62,763 bases of DNA, filler included, from Globobulimina sp. (GCA_003354225.1; 34 parts of 34 records of this genome joined end to end with filler, not necessarily neighbours in it); one strand, 5' to 3'. Shown: positions 22,202-34,246, numbered from the whole stretch's first letter. The notes: generated by a model not told the origin, from the letters alone. Numbers and translations: made by a program.

Positions 22202-23950
22202 TGTATGCAACAATGCATTCATTTCGACCAAGTTTAGAGATTCGAAGGTCGTCGAGGATGATATTGCATGCCAAGAGGCATTGGAGGTTATAAGTGAGCA
22301 TTATAAAGGCTTTAAAATCACTTGTGATCGATTTGGGAATATAACAAAAAATATTAGCGGTGGTCTATGCCTCGCGTCATCCAGTCCGATTGACTTAAAT
22401 TGGCTCAAACGGAAAGTCCGATCATTAGCCGGGCAGCGAGTCGTTTGGACGGCGTTTAAACAGAAGAAAGATACGACAAAAAATTAGAGATGTTTAAGAA
22501 GCAAAGTGTCGACGCTGAATGATCGAGGCGATGCGTCACCGCGTAATGCCGACACAAGCGCACTTACAATAAATCAGAATAATGACAGTCGATTCGAATT
22601 TGGATCGGATCGCTTTGCCGAAGATATGCGGAAAAAGCAAATTGAGAAATTGCAGTATATGGCACGTGAGCGTGGCGGCGATTTGTCAGACAGTGAAGCA
22701 TTAAGAATATTGAAATACTGCCTGTTTAACGACCACATCGTAGCAGAATTAATAGGCAGCAAAGCAATAAGACGACAAAATGATGAGATTATATTGAGCG
22801 GCATTGAGAAATTCCAAGGCGCAAAGTCATTGACTAAGTTTTCTTTTGATTACTAAGCAATGTCTTACACCTTTCCCCCCCACAAAACTAATAAAATATG
22901 GATAGTTGCCCCAAGCCCCCATATTGTAAAAATATCACATATTCGCATGGAAATATCTCCTCATTCCATGACGATTTTACTTTTACTGAGGACCAGAATG
23001 ACAATGATGATATTTTTCGATGTAAGAATGTAAATTCTAACGTCGATTTGCAGCGTGATTTAGTACCTGGTCACAATTTATTTGTTACCAATGACAGCAA
23101 TCACAAAAATGCAAGTATTGTTTTACAAGAATCAATGTTTAAACGTCCGGATATTTTTGTACTGCAAGAAGTATATAAACAGTACGATATTGATTGCAGT
23201 GAATGGAATATCCACGTAAAGGGTTATAAGTCGATTAAAATGAGAAAAAATGGATATGGCAAAGTGTTGATGCTTATACGTAATGGTATCCATCATGAGA
23301 GAGTCAATGTAAATTTTAAACATAATAACGACATCGACAAACAATTAAAAGCGTTGGAGGACAGTGACGCGAGCTCGGATGACGAACGTAAGCAATTATT
23401 GATGTCAAAGTTATTTACATTGACTCTAAAAGTATACGGAGACGATATGAGTCAGTAATTTGTCATCAATACATATTACCGACCTCAGAATGGGCCGTTA
23501 AACACCGAAAATATCAAATTAATAATCAAGTATTTTGAGATATTGATGAAGAGAAAGGAAGTAAGGAACTTTCCATTTTGGTCAGGCGGTGATTACAACG
23601 CACATAACAATGCCTGGTTTGATGGAGTTATTCGTAGCTCCAAAGCACAAAAATGCGGCGATGTTTTGGCAGATTGGCTGTTTGCAAAGAAATGGAATGT
23701 ATTAAATGATGGCAAACCGACACGGATTAGAAATGCACAAAGGACGGCACCGGACATTGTTATAACGAGTAACATCTCAAAGGCAGATGACTGGCTGTGT
23801 TGGGCAGAGGATTTTGGAAATTGTGACGATTCTAAGTATTTATCCGACCATTTGGCAATTTTCTCATACAATGACTGTGGTAATTTGTATGAGGAGTCAC
23901 CGGATGAATTCGTCATAAAAATGGGAGAAGACAGGAATTGGGATAAATGG
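22202..23950 (+). mobile_element. Non-LTR retrotransposon fragment: probable ORF1 remnants plus ORF2 APE endonuclease with an in-frame TAA at 23456
   Basis: PDIFVLQE, INTYYRP (same frame just past the stop), GGDYNAHN..W, LNDGKPTR, APDIVI, SDHLAI. Confidence 0.8.
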
Positions 23951-24050
23951 NNNNNNNNNNNNNNNNNNNNNNNNNNNNNNNNNNNNNNNNNNNNTTAATT
24001 AATTAANNNNNNNNNNNNNNNNNNNNNNNNNNNNNNNNNNNNNNNNNNNN

Positions 24051-25799
24051 ATACAGAGTGTGGATTACAATATGTATTCTTGACATATTTGATGAAGATG
24101 GCAATTCATTGAGTAATATTGATTTATTCCAAAACGATTCATTGTCGAATATATGTCAAAGCAAATATGAATGGAAAATTGAGGAAAATAGTTTACTTTC
24201 AAAAATAAAGACTTGTAAACCAGGCCAAATGTTCGTGAGTCCTTGCTTTGAGTTTTTTGCTTGTTTGTGGTGTTTGCGATTTTATCCAAATGGATATGAT
24301 ATAAACGTAGCAGATACGGGAATGGATAATTGTATCTGTTTGATGTTGAATTTGATCGCAACGCCACCACACATTGAGAGTATATCGCTCGTTTTTGAGA
24401 CAATGTTGGCTGAAGTGCAGAGTACAAAGAGTTTGGAGCATCAACGGTTTGAAAGAGATAGTTTCTGGGGCTCTGAACATAAAAATATTGATATATTGGT
24501 GCTGGATAAGTTAACCATTGAATGTATTGTGAGTGTGATCGATGTTTATGATCAGAATGGAAAAGCAATAAATAATATTAATGCATTAGCAAATGTTAAA
24601 GAGATGAAAATGAATTCAATGCAATTTATTTGGAATATTAGCGATGATATTGATGCCATGAAAAATATTAAACAGCGGAAGAATGAATTTATTGTAATGA
24701 GTCCAATTTTTGTAATGTTTTCATTTAAGTGGTATATGGAAATTCATTCAATTTATTATGATGAAAATGATGGAGATGAGGAAGGAAACGAAGATACATT
24801 TATTGTATTTTTGTCATTAGCCACAAAATCGCCAAATGTCCAAAGCCTTTCATTTGGATTTGAAATAATTGTAAAAGAAACAAATGATTTTCATTCCAAT
24901 TATGGTCAATTATTTGGTGAAGAATTATCGATTGGAATTCAAGCAATTTCACCTAAACGGCATGTATTAAATGCATTGAATACATTGACATTTGTATTAG
25001 ATTTGAGTTTAATTCATGTTTTTGATAAGAATGGAATGAATTTAATGAATCAACATGAAGAGAAATATAATGAATTGGAAGCAAAACAAATTGATTATAT
25101 TTATCAAGATTACGAATGGAAAATTGAAGAAAATAAATTGATGAAAAAACTAAAAAAAGCTAAACATTTTGAGTCATTTTCTAGTGACATTTTTGTAATC
25201 AATGGCTTTAAGTTTATGATGCAAATATGTCCAAATGGCTCACATTTAGAAAATGTTGGTGAATTTAACTGGTTTTTGAGTTTGGTGAGTATTCCACCAT
25301 CGATATTTAAGGTCGCTGTTATTTATAAAATATCTTTATTGGAATGTGGAGTGAGCGATAATTATCGGATGGAATTATCAATGAAATGTACATCGTATGG
25401 ATGGAATCGTAAAAATATAAAATTTAGTCATATTTCAAAAATAAAACAATTGACATTTAAATTGCAAATCGCTATTATTGATGTTTACGATATTGATGGC
25501 CATATTGTCGCAAATACAATAAATTCAATGAATTCATCATGTAAACCCATTATAAATCATCCATATTTATTGGCCAGTTATCGTTGGAAAGTGAGTGAAA
25601 AAGAATTAGTACAAAGTATGAAAATGGCAAAGAATGGAGAAAGTTTTAAAAGTCCACAATTTGGGGACAATGTATTTAAATGGAATTTACTGTTTTATCC
25701 AAATGGAATAAACAAAAAAAATAAAGGAGAATGTATATTGTCTTTGTGTTTGCCATCATTACCGAATAATGTGTCTGGAATATCAATATATTTTGAAGA
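24051..25799 (+). CDS. Tandem MATH/TRAF-domain protein, partial at both ends
   Basis: At least four repeats of Y/F.W.I...F.S..F...KW.L..YPNG, linked by IIDVYD..G segments. Confidence 0.85.
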
Positions 25800-26045
25800 N
25801 NNNNNNNNNNNNNNNNNNNNNNNNNNNNNNNNNNNNNNNNNNNTTAATTAATTAANNNNNNNNNNNNNNNNNNNNNNNNNNNNNNNNNNNNNNNNNNNNT
25901 AAAAAAAAGTTAGTATGATTTGAGTAAAAAAAACTTTAGTCTTGCTTGGACAATACGGTATGGCCGACATCTGTTTGCATCCTCAGATCTTCGGATCTAT
26001 GCCATGTCATACAATGTCATACAATGTTAGGCGACGGTTAACATT

Positions 26046-27491
26046 ATGCAAGAAAAAAGAAATGGGCGATTGCCTAAATATAATAAAAGGACCCTTACGA
26101 CGCCGCTAATGCAACAATTTATTCGCAAGTTATTCGGATCGGTGTCGAAGCATTATTTTAACGCAAAGAGAGGAAATGGAACTGTCTCTGGATTAAGGCC
26201 GCAAGTCGTTGATATAATAAATAGTATTATCAGATTAGCAGATGAAGAATTTAAATGTGTTTTGTTACCGGGTCTTATCGTAAGCAACACCAATCAAAAA
26301 GATGTAGCAGCGGCATTATGGGAGGATCCTAGGGATTTGTATATGGCCCCGGCAGAATATATAAAAAAAGTGGTGGATTTGTGTGACGAATATACGGGAG
26401 AGTGCCCGTTTCTCATTGTAGCGAATCAATTGGATAAAATTGTTCCTGATGGTAATGACAATTGGCATGTATGGCAGTCAATATCTATATATTTTCCAGA
26501 TGCGGCGATGATCGAGTGGTTAACAGCGGATTGTAATGAGCAGTCTATTGAGGATGGTAAATTATTTCAATTATCAAATCAGTATTTTTTTAGAAAGGAT
26601 GCAGAATGTGTCGTGCGCAATTCACGGATGCATGGCTCTATGGGATTCGCTAACTCGCAATTGCATATCACTGACCGAGTGGTGGTTACTGCTGATAAAA
26701 AAAAAAAAGATGTGTGTGTGAACAAGGAACTATTTGGAGTTAATCCCGGTGTGTTTTTTTTTTTTGTGCGAATATGCGAGGATATAGTTTGTTGCGAATT
26801 TGCGATATTGCTCTACACAGTATTTGAAGTTACAAATTCGGATGGCGTAAAGACGGTGCATCATGCATGCACCATAATGAGCATTATCTTACCGGTAATA
26901 ATTACCTATGCATGCGCCATCAATGTTTCTGCATTAAAAGAATTTGGTGTCGATATGAAAAGTATTATGGATAGCCATTTTGATAAATCTGGCAATTATA
27001 TTGATTGGTATAAATACAATAAGTGCCGTGTGGATGAGATAACGGCAACTTTACGTTCGATATTAACTGAGTCGATATCGTGTATATCTGATGTATTTGT
27101 AGATGATGGAGATCGTGCCCTTTATTGGTATTCTATTTTATCGGACATTGTCTGGGAGGGCGGAGATGCGATCCCTCAAACATTGAGGAGATATGGTGGA
27201 GATGCGACCCCTCAAACATCGATGAGATATGGTGGGCGGCAGAAAACGAAGGCCCGGACAACAGGCACGCATAGACGAAAAAGTCAGAGATTGATTAATC
27301 AAAACAATAAGAAAAAAACAGTGAAACGAAGGGGAGCCACGTTGGCACACCGAAAGGGAACCACGTTTGCGGGGAGAACTGGTGTTCATGCAGTGGGAAC
27401 TGGTGTTCATGAGGTGGCTAAAAGGAGGCCTTCCAAAAGACCAGCGCGGAGAGACGATTATCCTCTGGCAAAAAGGAGAAAAGAAATTTGA
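26046..27491 (+). CDS. Orphan 481-aa protein with a basic C-terminal tail
   Basis: Long ORF. 36-bp tandem repeat at 27162-27233 (GDAxPQTxxRYG x2) and a 21-bp repeat (TGVHxV x2). NLS-like KRRK. Confidence 0.55.
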   Translation: MQEKRNGRLPKYNKRTLTTPLMQQFIRKLFGSVSKHYFNAKRGNGTVSGLRPQVVDIINSIIRLADEEFKCVLLPGLIVSNTNQKDVAAALWEDPRDLYMAPAEYIKKVVDLCDEYTGECPFLIVANQLDKIVPDGNDNWHVWQSISIYFPDAAMIEWLTADCNEQSIEDGKLFQLSNQYFFRKDAECVVRNSRMHGSMGFANSQLHITDRVVVTADKKKKDVCVNKELFGVNPGVFFFFVRICEDIVCCEFAILLYTVFEVTNSDGVKTVHHACTIMSIILPVIITYACAINVSALKEFGVDMKSIMDSHFDKSGNYIDWYKYNKCRVDEITATLRSILTESISCISDVFVDDGDRALYWYSILSDIVWEGGDAIPQTLRRYGGDATPQTSMRYGGRQKTKARTTGTHRRKSQRLINQNNKKKTVKRRGATLAHRKGTTFAGRTGVHAVGTGVHEVAKRRPSKRPARRDDYPLAKRRKEI

Positions 27492-27889
27492 CACCATTTT
27501 CAACTTCGTTTGAATTCTCTTTATAGAGCGTTGCACCATGACATTCGATAAAAATATAACCATCATCGTACACTTCATCATCATCAAATAAGTGGGTATG
27601 TTTTAAATCTTTAGAGTTACATTCTGCACAAAGCCGGGGAGGGAGATANNNNNNNNNNNNNNNNNNNNNNNNNNNNNNNNNNNNNNNNNNNNTTAATTAA
27701 TTAANNNNNNNNNNNNNNNNNNNNNNNNNNNNNNNNNNNNNNNNNNNNTTTCGTGTTTGTACTGGTTGATATTTTGTACATGTTTTACAGTCTGTGATTC
27801 AGAATTTCAGATCGATATTCCTAGCCTAACCCGCAACAAATATACATATTAATTATACAGTCTGCGTAGTCACTTAAAAAAGTTTGTGT

Positions 27890-29105
27890 TCATCTTGTTT
27901 CAAGCTCGACTTCCATTTCAATCTCGAGCTCTTCTTGATCCCCATCCTCATTTTCATTCTTATTCAATGGCGACATATCATATCCTTTACCATCTTTACC
28001 ATCCTTATCAACAACAGTATCACCAATATTGTCATGGGGCGGTGGAGTATCCTGTAAATCCAAATCCACGCCAGCCACAATCCCACTTTTTTTCCTTTTA
28101 AAATGCCATACTGCACCAATCACTGCACCAAAAACACACATCACCACCGCCACAATCGCAAATATCGCAGTCCAATGTATGCCATCCTCCACTTCGGCCT
28201 CTTCACTAAACGCCGATCCCGCACTCATATATCCATAATCTGGGTTATCCCCAGCAGTCAATGTAGCGATCACATCATAACTCGTAATCTCAGCGCCTGA
28301 GCTCGAACTAATTGCAAAACTAAATGGCGCAGCATACGGTTTAGAATTTTCAAAAATATACGTGTTTGAATGCCAACTTGCTTCCACGCCAATTTCCCAT
28401 GTAATCATTCCCGACCCCTTCACTTTTACAGTGGAAATAGTAACATCCGAAGCAATTTCACTTAAAACCACGGCATACCACCACATATTTGCGCCCTCCT
28501 GGTTGCTAACTTTGATTCTGCCCTCAATGGAGCCTCCACCAGAACTCGTAGACGTCGTTGAAGTGCTGGTCGTAGACGTCGAAGAAGGCAGACTTTCGCC
28601 GGTGAACTGTACACATATTTGAGTGTCCACAATAATACTCGTAGGCGTTGGTTGTAATTGTGACAAATACTGCAATTTCTGCGTCTCATCAGAATGCCAG
28701 TCAGCTTGCAATAAGCCGCCGGTATCTCCACTGTCTGGGTTTAAACACCAAAAATATGTATTTCTCGAATCAATGGTTATCAAATATTCCACCAATGTGC
28801 TCAACCAAGTCGTCGATGATAAGGTTGTACCAAACTCACCAATGATGCAAGCAGCTCCATTATCTGTGCTGTCATCACATAAAAAGCCCCAATGATCCTT
28901 CCATATATCCGCTGAATATCCTCCATTGTTAGACTTTATTTTATATGAATTACAGCACTCTGACAAAATAAATTGGATGCATTACTTAACAATTTCGGGA
29001 CTATAAACATGCGGCAACCACACAAATCTATTCGCCACTGATAATTCTACAGTTTTCCCTTCGCCGTTAAAGGGACTTACTCCCTGCAAATTTTCTCCCC
29101 AATAA
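27890..29105 (-). CDS. GH5 endoglucanase C-terminal half, Ser/Thr linker, expansin-like (CBM63) domain, TM helix and acidic tail; 5'-partial; intron 28934-28990
   Basis: YWGENLQGV, LPHVYSP, IGEFG (nucleophile), YFWCLNPDSGDTGGLL. GRIKVSNQEGANMWWYAV...APFSFAISSSSG resembles expansin domain 2. A 57-bp GT..AG intron removes an in-frame stop. Confidence 0.85.
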
Positions 29106-29144
29106 CTGCACATTTTTGTACATTAAAAATGAGAATTAGGGGAA

Positions 29145-29497
29145 ATGGTCAAGGTAATGGATTCGATTCCCATAAATATGCGCGTAACGTTTCTAGTCAT
29201 GCTGGCTTTACTAGTGTCATGGGACACAAGCGGATGGGCGCTTAATCCATCAATTCTCCCAACAAGGAGCACTACTGTTCAAAGTGCACGCTGGGAGGAA
29301 CCGACTAATCAACATATTATCGTTTCCAGAGCGCAAGCAGAAGTCATAGGCCATAAAATTTGGCTCAACGAAACTGGTGGCAGACGCGAGAACTTGATCG
29401 TGTGGAATGAGGGTGAAAACTTTTTATCATTAGGCATTGGGCACTTTATCTGGTATCCCGAAAATGCCTCTTCTGGATTTGAAGAGAGCTTTCCGAA
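29145..29497 (+). CDS. Bacterial conserved exported hypothetical protein, 3'-partial
   Basis: Signal-like N-terminus, then IGHKIWLNETGG...LIVWNEGENFLSLGIGHFIWYP. agggga RBS-like sequence; higher GC than the neighbour. Confidence 0.7.
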
Positions 29498-29647
29498 NNN
29501 NNNNNNNNNNNNNNNNNNNNNNNNNNNNNNNNNNNNNNNNNTTAATTAATTAANNNNNNNNNNNNNNNNNNNNNNNNNNNNNNNNNNNNNNNNNNNNTAT
29601 TTCAATTTATAATTATTGACAATATTTTGGTTGATATATACAATTAT

Positions 29648-30973
29648 TTATTTTTTGCGAACTTGTTTTTGATATACTTTAAATTCAATAACTTCTTTTT
29701 TCAAGGAAATATTAGATTGCTTCAATGCATCCATTTTTATTTGTAATTCTGTAATTTGATCATCATCATTTATAATACATAATTCATCAGTTAATTGAGG
29801 CAATGTTTGTGATTTGGAATGAGTTAATTGAGGCAATGGCTTATTATAATTAGGCACATTAAACCGAGGAGATGTAGAAGCATATGGTTGTTTATTCAAT
29901 TGTTTCTTCAATAAGTTTTTCTCATTTTCCATATTAAATAATTGCTGTGTAACTTGCACGAGTTCCTCATCCAATTCATCTGCTTCCTCATTGATTTTCA
30001 GCAGTTGTTTCTTTAATTCATGAATGTCCTCTGTCGCGCTCATAGCTGTCGCCATAGCGGCCATACCATAACGTCTCATCCAAGCTTGCATTTGATTTAT
30101 TAATGTTCGTTCATATATATGTTTATCCTCACATTCATCAGAAACATTTGTTGGCCATTTTATATTCGATTCGATCAAATTCCAACTCCACATTTCATTG
30201 CATAACTGTTGCCGCACAGAATTTAAATGTTGTATCCAGCTCACATCCTTTTCATCGTTTTCATATTTTTCCACGTTTTCATGTTCCAAAATTACATTAG
30301 AATAATTATAATTAGGTTGAGTAGAATTATGTTCATTGAGTTCTTTCTTCAATTTCGTGATTGTACCTCTTCGCATGTCTGACCTTGATCGATATTTTGA
30401 AACTCGATTAGCAAACTTTGTTTTGGCTGATTCTTCATTGGCTTTGATATCAAATATCACCGCATCTAAACCACCAATATTTGCAGACACAAATTTATGT
30501 AAATCAGTAGAAAATTGCTTGGTTGTTTTTCTATTTTGCTCTGTTATTCGCTTTTTCTTTTTTGTTTTCTTGCTATTTGGCATTGCAGGCCCCGGTGCTC
30601 TGAATGGTTTATATGCGGCTATTTGAGTTGGAAATAATTCATAGATGGCTTGTCTGTGTTCATCTGTGCCGTCATCAGGAATGAGAATAATAAATATATT
30701 ATCTCCCAAAGGATCTAACTTCATTAACTCATACAAATTGCATTCTGGATCTAAAGCTGATGCTGCATTGTATACTATACATAGTGTTGACTTTGGTATT
30801 TTTGGACGTTTTAATACTTTTGCTACCACATCTTTTACTTTGCTATTGATATCGACGGCTACTGTCACCCAATTGTTGTCATCGATTTCCAATTTGAGAA
30901 GAAATATATCAGGAAAATCAGTTTTTTCATCACTTTCTGTTTCAGCTTCTGTCAGCTCTTTCGACGTCGACAT
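29648..30973 (-). CDS. Eukaryotic protein with an N-terminal ubiquitin-like fold and C-terminal coiled coil
   Basis: VTVAVDINSKVKDVVAKV...LDPECNL is beta-grasp-like; the C-terminus is heptad-rich. Confidence 0.6.
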   Translation of the reverse strand: MSTSKELTEAETESDEKTDFPDIFLLKLEIDDNNWVTVAVDINSKVKDVVAKVLKRPKIPKSTLCIVYNAASALDPECNLYELMKLDPLGDNIFIILIPDDGTDEHRQAIYELFPTQIAAYKPFRAPGPAMPNSKKTKKKKRITEQNRKTTKQFSTDLHKFVSANIGGLDAVIFDIKANEESAKTKFANRVSKYRSRSDMRRGTITKLKKELNEHNSTQPNYNYSNVILEHENVEKYENDEKDVSWIQHLNSVRQQLCNEMWSWNLIESNIKWPTNVSDECEDKHIYERTLINQMQAWMRRYGMAAMATAMSATEDIHELKKQLLKINEEADELDEELVQVTQQLFNMENEKNLLKKQLNKQPYASTSPRFNVPNYNKPLPQLTHSKSQTLPQLTDELCIINDDDQITELQIKMDALKQSNISLKKEVIEFKVYQKQVRKK

Positions 30974-31117
30974 GATTAACGATCGAACAGAGTCAATTAA
31001 ATGATTAACAGAGTCATGATTAACGATTACGGCTAAAATAATAGTTAAAGCTCAAAATTAAAAACAGTACAAGTAAAAAATTGTTTGCGAATAGGAGCAA
31101 GGATTGAATGAATAGTG

Positions 31118-31309
31118 CTACCAATACAAAATTATTGTTAAACAAACTAATACAACATAAAATATAATCTGTAAAACGAAAAGTACTTTTGAAACTATAC
31201 GATGATTTGCAATGAAATTATCATCTCCATAAACAAAAACAACATGGATTATTGAGGCGAATCCTATGATCGCATTTATGAGAATCGCATTTTGCGTATT
31301 TACTGACAT
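31118..31309 (-). CDS. Small protein with two hydrophobic segments
   Basis: 63-aa ORF, two predicted TM segments. Confidence 0.3.
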   Translation of the reverse strand: MSVNTQNAILINAIIGFASIIHVVFVYGDDNFIANHRIVSKVLFVLQIIFYVVLVCLTIILYW

Positions 31310-31639
31310 GTTAGAAAGATAACTAATTGATCCTAAATTAAAAAAANNNNNNNNNNNNNNNNNNNNNNNNNNNNNNNNNNNNNNNNNNNNTTAATTAATT
31401 AANNNNNNNNNNNNNNNNNNNNNNNNNNNNNNNNNNNNNNNNNNNNCTAAACGTACGAATAAATACTGAATTATGTCACAGTATTTATATGTAAAAGGAC
31501 ATAATAAGCACAACAAGTTTTTAATTGAGTTGATAACCTTGACATCGTTGCTGAGACGAATGAAATGGCACTGAATTAGTGATTTTACTTTCTTTTCACT
31601 TAAATGCACTTTGTCTGATATGTATCCACGGTTATAAGC

Positions 31640-31753
31640 TTCTTGAAAAGATATGCAATAATAATAGATGCACTCCGGCTAATTCCTGCCTGACAATGCA
31701 CAAAAACAATTGAACCTTCGTTAATAAAATGCTATGCCTTTCTCAAAGTGTTC
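31640..31753 (-). pseudogene. Dual-specificity phosphatase catalytic-loop fragment, frameshifted (absent from the ORF track)
   Basis: Manual translation gives VFVHCQAGISRSASIIIAYL (HCx5R at 31672-31698). EHFEKGIAF upstream and FQEAYN downstream are in other frames. Confidence 0.75.
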
Positions 31754-31866
31754 AAATATATGCAACAACCCATAATGACTTGATACGAAAAGGAAAAGGA
31801 CCAAACACATTAAAACGAAAAGAAACAAGAACAGGAGCAAGGTTTTAAAATTAACACTGAAACAAA

Positions 31867-32949
31867 TTAATTCAATGAAACAACAACGGGGCCATCACCA
31901 TCCTCCAAATCAAATGTTTTATTAAATCGCTTTAGCAGCATATGTTTCAATTCATTAATCTTTCTATTCAAAGCTGTATTTAATTGCGTTTCATTCGCAA
32001 TTTCCATAAAAGACTGCAACGATTGATTTAAGAAATTCTTATTTGTTAATTCATCACTAAAGAAATCTTTTGGTAATTCCTTAAATTGAAATATTAATAT
32101 ATCCACAAATTCAAAATAAAATGATGGTTTCTCTTGCAATGCATCTTCGCAGTTTGTCAACAAATCAATAATAAATTTCCATTGCTCCAATCCTCGCACC
32201 GACTGTCCAACCAATAAACAAATAAATGCATATTGTAATTCACCTAATAATTCCAAATTATTCTCCATAAAGTTCTTATTTAATAAATCGTACAATATCT
32301 TACTTCGATCCATTTGCAATGCTGTCAATTCTGATGCTTTGACATTTTTTATCGATTTTATTTGTATTATTTCTGTATAGTTTGGATGGTAATGTTGGAA
32401 TTTTGACTTTGCACAATTGTATAAATCATATTTTTCAGTTAAATCATTATTATCTATATTATCAACATCACGTTTAATTTCTGAATATGTTGAAGTAATA
32501 ATACCAGATTTTGGCCCTAAGCGTTTGATTAATTTCTCCGTTATGTGACATGATAATTTTTGCCATTTTGCAAAACTTTGCAAAGGATATGCTCCTAAAT
32601 TCGAATCAAAATTAAAATTTTTAACACCAAGTCTCAATCGATCTGCTTGTTGTTTATCATTGAACTCTATCAAAATTTTTAATGTTTTATCCCATTCGTA
32701 CACATCAATTTGTTTCCCATTTAACCACACAAAGAATCCCATTCTTTCCGCACTTTGAACTGATGTATGGATGAAATGAGGTCCTGGTGGAATCATCTTA
32801 ACTCCTTTGAATTTTGCGCCAGTCTCAAATGTTAAATAATCGATACCAAAGTAACTCTTGACTGGTACATCCCAACACAATACAGTTCCGCCTGTCTTAT
32901 TGTAATGGTTTGCCTTGTCTTGATCAATTTTGCCTATTAAAGATGTCAT
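31867..32949 (-). CDS. AAR2: U5 snRNP assembly factor AAR2
   Basis: FGID...FKGVKMIPPGPHF, LGAYP, LLGELQYAF, QFKELPKDFF, C-terminal PVVV. Confidence 0.92.
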   Translation of the reverse strand: MTSLIGKIDQDKANHYNKTGGTVLCWDVPVKSYFGIDYLTFETGAKFKGVKMIPPGPHFIHTSVQSAERMGFFVWLNGKQIDVYEWDKTLKILIEFNDKQQADRLRLGVKNFNFDSNLGAYPLQSFAKWQKLSCHITEKLIKRLGPKSGIITSTYSEIKRDVDNIDNNDLTEKYDLYNCAKSKFQHYHPNYTEIIQIKSIKNVKASELTALQMDRSKILYDLLNKNFMENNLELLGELQYAFICLLVGQSVRGLEQWKFIIDLLTNCEDALQEKPSFYFEFVDILIFQFKELPKDFFSDELTNKNFLNQSLQSFMEIANETQLNTALNRKINELKHMLLKRFNKTFDLEDGDGPVVVSLN

Positions 32950-33295
32950 ATGGTTTATATGCCAGGGCAGCTAGGTTTTTCAGTAAGAAAATGAAACAAT
33001 TGGCTTACAAACAATTCCAAAGTGAGAGCGAATATCAAAGTGATGATTCTGATGTGTCTAAATTCCAAATTGGAACCTATTGTTATGGCGCGAATGATAC
33101 CTTTGCAGTGGTCACATGTACAGATATTTCTGTCGATGAATGTATAATTCTTAATCTATCTCAAAGAAAGCAAAAAACCGTAAAAATACAATCTCNNNNN
33201 NNNNNNNNNNNNNNNNNNNNNNNNNNNNNNNNNNNNNNNTTAATTAATTAANNNNNNNNNNNNNNNNNNNNNNNNNNNNNNNNNNNNNNNNNNNN

Positions 33296-34246
33296 GACAC
33301 ATCACAACCATCAATTACAACCAGTGCAGAACCCATAGACGATTCGCCACCAACCGTATCAATAGTAAATTATTTTAACTTTAATGGTTCAGAAGCCATT
33401 CATAATGTGGATAAATATATCGTTGATTCACAAACACAACCACAAAGCCATAAGCAATCACATTACAAAAGCAATCACATTACAAAAATTGAAAATGGAT
33501 TCATATTCCAAATGAATACGAATCGCAAAGCACCCTCTTTTGAACTCCGCCCATTGCAACAACCAGTCCACAAAAATAAAAATAGACAGAAAAACAGAAA
33601 CCGTCGAAACAGGAAACATAATAATAAAAAAAATGCAAATAACACCGGGAACAGTGGAATGAGTGGTATTAATCAAATATCACCAAATAAACAGAGACAA
33701 AGCAATGATAACACTGCGAATGTCACTCATTCACTGTCCCAGCCACACCAACAACACACAATAGCATCCAACACAAATAACAGACAGAGACTGGAAACCG
33801 CGGCACATAGAAATGGGAATGTATTTGTTGCTCCATCCCATTCACACAACAACAATGGAAATGTTATAAGAAATATGCGAAATGAGAGTGAGTTGCAACG
33901 AAGGAATATGAATAACATGCAACAACTACTTACGCATAATATTGAACAAATGCATATTAATGGTAATGTGCAAACAATGAATACGCGGAATATGAATAAC
34001 ATACAAAATCTTATAAATAACCTGAGTAAGATAAATGTGAATCCACCTCAAAATATTCAAAATATGCAAATGGATATGAATAATAATAACAATGTGGTTC
34101 CTCCCGCTCCAATGAATAATAATAATAATAATCACAATAACAATATGGTTCCGCAAATGAATACGAATAACAATGATCAAGCTCCATGTTATCCGGTATT
34201 GCGGTCCAATGAACAAGATTCGCATTCAAATTTGCATTCAGTTTAG
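33296..34246 (+). CDS. Asn/Gln/Met-rich low-complexity protein C-terminus, 5'-partial
   Basis: ORF of at least 279 aa with strong N/Q bias; no folded domain seen. Confidence 0.6.
   Translation, partial: DTSQPSITTSAEPIDDSPPTVSIVNYFNFNGSEAIHNVDKYIVDSQTQPQSHKQSHYKSNHITKIENGFIFQMNTNRKAPSFELRPLQQPVHKNKNRQKNRNRRNRKHNNKKNANNTGNSGMSGINQISPNKQRQSNDNTANVTHSLSQPHQQHTIASNTNNRQRLETAAHRNGNVFVAPSHSHNNNGNVIRNMRNESELQRRNMNNMQQLLTHNIEQMHINGNVQTMNTRNMNNIQNLINNLSKINVNPPQNIQNMQMDMNNNNNVVPPAPMNNNNNNHNNNMVPQMNTNNNDQAPCYPVLRSNEQDSHSNLHSV

Noticed and set aside
29106..29497. Bacterial gene next to the GH5 gene as evidence of recent HGT
   Set aside because: The join cuts the GH5 gene within an apparent intron, and similar abrupt joins recur elsewhere; a chimera is simpler.
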